This document shows positions 26,301-29,479 of a DNA stretch of 29,479 nucleotides, piece by piece. The stretch is from Utricularia gibba. Lineage: Eukaryota > Plantae > Magnoliophyta. The DNA lies in assembly GCA_002189035.1 (NCBI GenBank), contig NEEC01000504.1, forward strand, positions 1-29,479. The letters run 5' to 3'. The translations under genes were made by a program, and so were the position numbers. Under the pieces are notes generated by a model that worked only from the letters and a program-made list of their open reading frames with translations, was not told the origin of the DNA and made no database searches. Within the stretch, counting starts at the first letter, position 1. Each line of letters starts with the position of its first letter.

Positions 26301-29300
26301 CGGAAATAAAGTGATGTATTTATTAACGTTCAGTTTTTGGGGGCTGCCTACATGGTTTTTCAAGGAACAGCTTCTCGTTTTGTGGCGGCCAGTCTCGCTG
26401 GGAACTTGGTCCTTGACCCGATTATGTATTGCTCATGAGGTCAACCGGATGCAAATCGATTAAAAAAAATGATGCCTTTGTTTAAATTACGATATCACGT
26501 GCACCCCACATGATTTTTTCAACAACTTACTTTATACTTGAGGAGGCGGTCTTGGGTGCACCTAGAACGGGACAAAGGTCAGGTTTGGCTTGCGCCGAGA
26601 GTTAGTTGTAGCTCGGAAATAAAGTGATGTATTTATTAACGTTCAGTTTTGGGGGGCTGCCTACATGGTTTTTCAAGGAACAGCTTCTCGTTTTGTGGCG
26701 GCCAGTCTCGCTGGGAACTTGGTCCTTGACCCCGATTCTGTTATCTCATGAGGTCAACCGGATGCAAATCGATTAAAAAAAATGATGCCTTTGTTTAAAT
26801 TACGATATCACGTGCACCCCACATGATTTTTTCAACAACTTACTTTATACTTGAGGAGGCGGTCTTGGGTGCACCTAGAACGGGACAAAGGTCAGGTTTG
26901 GCTTGCGCCGAGAGTTAGTTGTAGCTCGGAAAATAAAGTGATGTATTTATTAACGTTCAGTTTTTGGGGCTGCCTACATGGTTTTTCAAGGAACAGCTTC
27001 TCGTTTTGTGGCGGCCAGTCTCGCTGGAAACTTGGTCCTTGACCCCGATTATGTATGGCTCATGAGGTCAACCGGATGGAAATCGATTAAAGAAAATGAT
27101 GCCTTTGTTTAAATTACGATATCACGTGCACCCTACATGATTTTTTCAACAACTTACTTTATACTTGAGGAGGCGGTCTTGGGGTGCACCTGGAACGGGA
27201 CAAAGGTCAGGTTTGGCTTGCGCCGAGAGTTAGTTGTAGCTCGGAAAATAAAGTGATGTATTTATTAACGTTCAGTTTTTGGGGGCTGCCTACATGGTTT
27301 TTCAAGGAAGCTTCTCGTTTTGTGGCGGCCAGTCTCGCTGGAACTTGGTCGGGCCCCCGATTCTGTATGGCTCATGAGGTCAACCGGATGGAAATCGATT
27401 AAAGAAAATGATGCCTTTCTTTAAATTACGATATCACGTGCACCCCACATGATTTTTTCAACAACTTGCTTTATACTTGAGGAGGCGGTCTTGGGTGCAC
27501 CTGGAACGGGACAAAGGTCAGGTTTGGCTTGCGCCTAGAGTTAGTTGTAACACGGAAATAAAGTGATGTATTTATTAACGTTCAGTTTTTGGGGGCTGCC
27601 TACATGGTTTTTCAAGAAACAGCTTCTCGTTTTGTGGCGGCCAGTCTCGCTGGGAACTTGGTCCTGGACCCCGATTCTGTATGGCTCATGAGGTCAACCG
27701 GATGGAAATCGATTAAAGAAAATGATGCCTTTCTTTAAATTACGATATCACGTGCACCCCACATGATTTTTTCAACAACTTGCTTTATACTTGAGGAGGC
27801 GGTCTTGGGGTGCACCTGGAACGGGACAAAGGTCAGGTTTGGCTTGCGCCGAGAGTTAGTTGTAGCTCGGAAAATAAAGTGATGTATTTATTAACGTTCA
27901 GTTTTGGGGCTGCCTACATGGTTTTTCAAGGAACAGCTTCTCGTTTGTGGCGGCCAGTCTCGCTGGGAACTTGGTCCTTGACCCCGATTATGTATGCTCA
28001 TGAGGTCAACCGGATGCAAATCGATTAAAAAAATGATGCCTTTGTTTAAATTACGATATCACGTGCACCCCACATGATTTTTTCAAACAACTTGCTTTAT
28101 ACTTGAGGAGGCGGTCTTGGGTGCACCTAGAACGGGACAAAGGTCAGGTTTGGCTTGCGCTGAGAGTTAGTTGTAGCTCGGAAAATAAAGTGATGTATTT
28201 ATTAACGTTCAGTTTTGGGGCTGCCTACATGGTTTTTCAAGGAACAGCTTCTCGTTTTGTGGCGGCCAGTCTCGCTGGGAACTTGGTCCTTGACCCCGAT
28301 TATGTATGGCTCATGAGGTCAACCGGATGCAAATCGATTAAAAAATGATGCCTTTGTTTAAATTACGATATCACGTGCACCCACATGATTTTTTCAACAA
28401 CTTACTTTATACTTGAGGAGGCGGTCTTGGGGTGCACCTAGAACGGGACAAAGGTCAGGTTTGGCTTGCGCCGAGAGTTAGTTGTAGCTCGGAAAATAAA
28501 GTGATATATTTATTAACGTTCAGTTTTTGGGGGCTGCCTACATGGTTTTTCAAGGAACAGCTTCTCGTTTTGTGGCGGCCAGTCTCGCTGGGAACTTGGT
28601 CCTTGACCCCGATTATGTATGGCTCATGAGGTCAACCGGATGGAAATCGATTAAAAAAATGATGCCTTTGTTTAAATTACGATATCACGTGCACCCACAT
28701 GATTTTTTCAACAACTTACTTTATACTTGAGGAGGCGGTCTTGGGGTGCACCTAAACGGGACAAAGGTCAGGTTTGGCTTGCGCCGAGAGTTAGTTGTAG
28801 CTCGGAAAATAAAGTGATGTATTTATTCAGTTTTTGGGGGCTACCTACATGGTTTTTCAAGGAAGCTTCTCGTTTTGTGGCGGCCAGTCTCGCTGGAACT
28901 TGGTCCTGGACCCCGATTCTGTATGGCTCATGAGGTCAACCGGATGGAAATCGATTAAAGAAATGATGCCTTTTTAAATTACGATATCACGTGCACCCCA
29001 CATGATTTTTTCAACAACTTACTTTATACTTGAGAGGCGGTCTTGGGGTGCACCTAGAACGGGACAAAGGTCAGGTTTGGCTTGCGCCGAGAGTTAGTAG
29101 CAGGAAAATAAAGTGATGTATTTATTAACGTTCAGTTTTTGGGGGCTGCCTACATGGTTTTTCAAGAACAGCTTCTCGTTTTTGTGGCGGCCAGTCTCGC
29201 TGGGAACTTGGTCCTGGACCCCGATTCTGTATGGCTCATGAGGTCAACCGGATGGAAATCGATTAAAGAAAATGATGCCTTTTTAAATTACGATATCACG

Positions 29301-29479
29301 TGCACCCCACATGATTTTTTCAACAACTTGCTTTATACTTGAGGAGGCGGTCTTGGGTGCACCTGGAACGGGACAAAGGTCAGGTTTGGCTTGCGCCGAG
29401 AGTTAGTTGTAACACGGCAAATAAAGTGATGTATTTATTAACGTTCAGTTTTTGGGGGCTACCTACATGGTTTTTCAAG

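Larger units (their letters stand above)
1..29479. repeat. Tandem satellite-like array, ~95 head-to-tail copies of a ~316-bp monomer; both ends run off the window
   Basis: The anchor GATATCACGTG recurs at 186, 499, 810, 1118, ... 28983 and 29292 (95 copies, hand count); (29292-186)/94 is about 310 bp. All copies are in the same orientation with no intervening unique sequence. Consensus with full-length homopolymers: aaataaagtgatgtatttattaacgttcagtttttgggggctgcctacatggtttttcaaggaacagcttctcgttttgtggcggccagtctcgctgggaacttggtccttgaccccgatt(c/a)tgtat(g/t)gctcatgaggtcaaccggatg(c/g)aaat(c/t)gattaaa(a/g)aaaatgatgccttt(g/c)tttaaattacgatatcacgtgcaccccacatgattttttcaacaactt(a/g)ctttatacttgaggaggcggtcttggggtgcacct(a/g)gaacgggacaaaggtcaggtttggcttgcgccgagagttagttgtagctcgg(a/c). 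Confidence 0.99.

Noticed and set aside
214-29342. About 90 short ORFs of 60-112 aa on both strands (e.g. MHLERDKGQVWLAP..., MHPVDLMSIQNRGQ...)
   Set aside because: All are the same monomer translated in frames that switch at homopolymer indels. Many start at GTG/TTG, no domain is recognisable, and variants are not biased to synonymous changes.
1-29479. CRISPR array
   Set aside because: No unique spacers; the entire 316 bp repeats; no cas genes or leader.
1-29479. Rolling-circle concatemer of a single small circle or amplicon
   Set aside because: A single template cannot give recurrent linked biallelic sites, a positional allele gradient and region-private alleles. A mixed-template artefact cannot be fully excluded without reads.

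Overview
The whole 29,479-bp window is one uninterrupted head-to-tail tandem array on a single strand. I counted 95 copies of the anchor GATATCACGTG, from position 186 to 29292, giving a mean observed period of about 310 bp (range 263-317). The reconstructed consensus monomer is about 316 bp, about 45% GC, with no CpG depletion. There are no unique spacers, genes, RNA genes or flanking DNA. The ORF track is the same non-coding monomer read in shifting frames. The best reading is a satellite DNA array, probably eukaryotic; I do not recognise the family or the organism. Structure inside the array: (1) the 316-bp unit is itself an ancient dimer of two ~158-bp subunits (159+157); (2) about a dozen recurrent biallelic sites form a majority type and a linked minor 'B' haplotype, which becomes much commoner after ~20.6 kb, with hints of 7-monomer periodicity; (3) several B alleles match the homologous base of the other half, so B may be closer to the ancestor; (4) each unit carries a 10-bp inverted repeat (GTGCACCCCA/TGGGGTGCAC), smaller inverted repeats and a near-canonical DR1-like motif. 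Homopolymer shortening and single-base gaps at the polymorphic sites suggest an unpolished or collapsed long-read consensus, so monomer order and indels should be treated with caution. I find no support for a new protein-coding or RNA-guided system.
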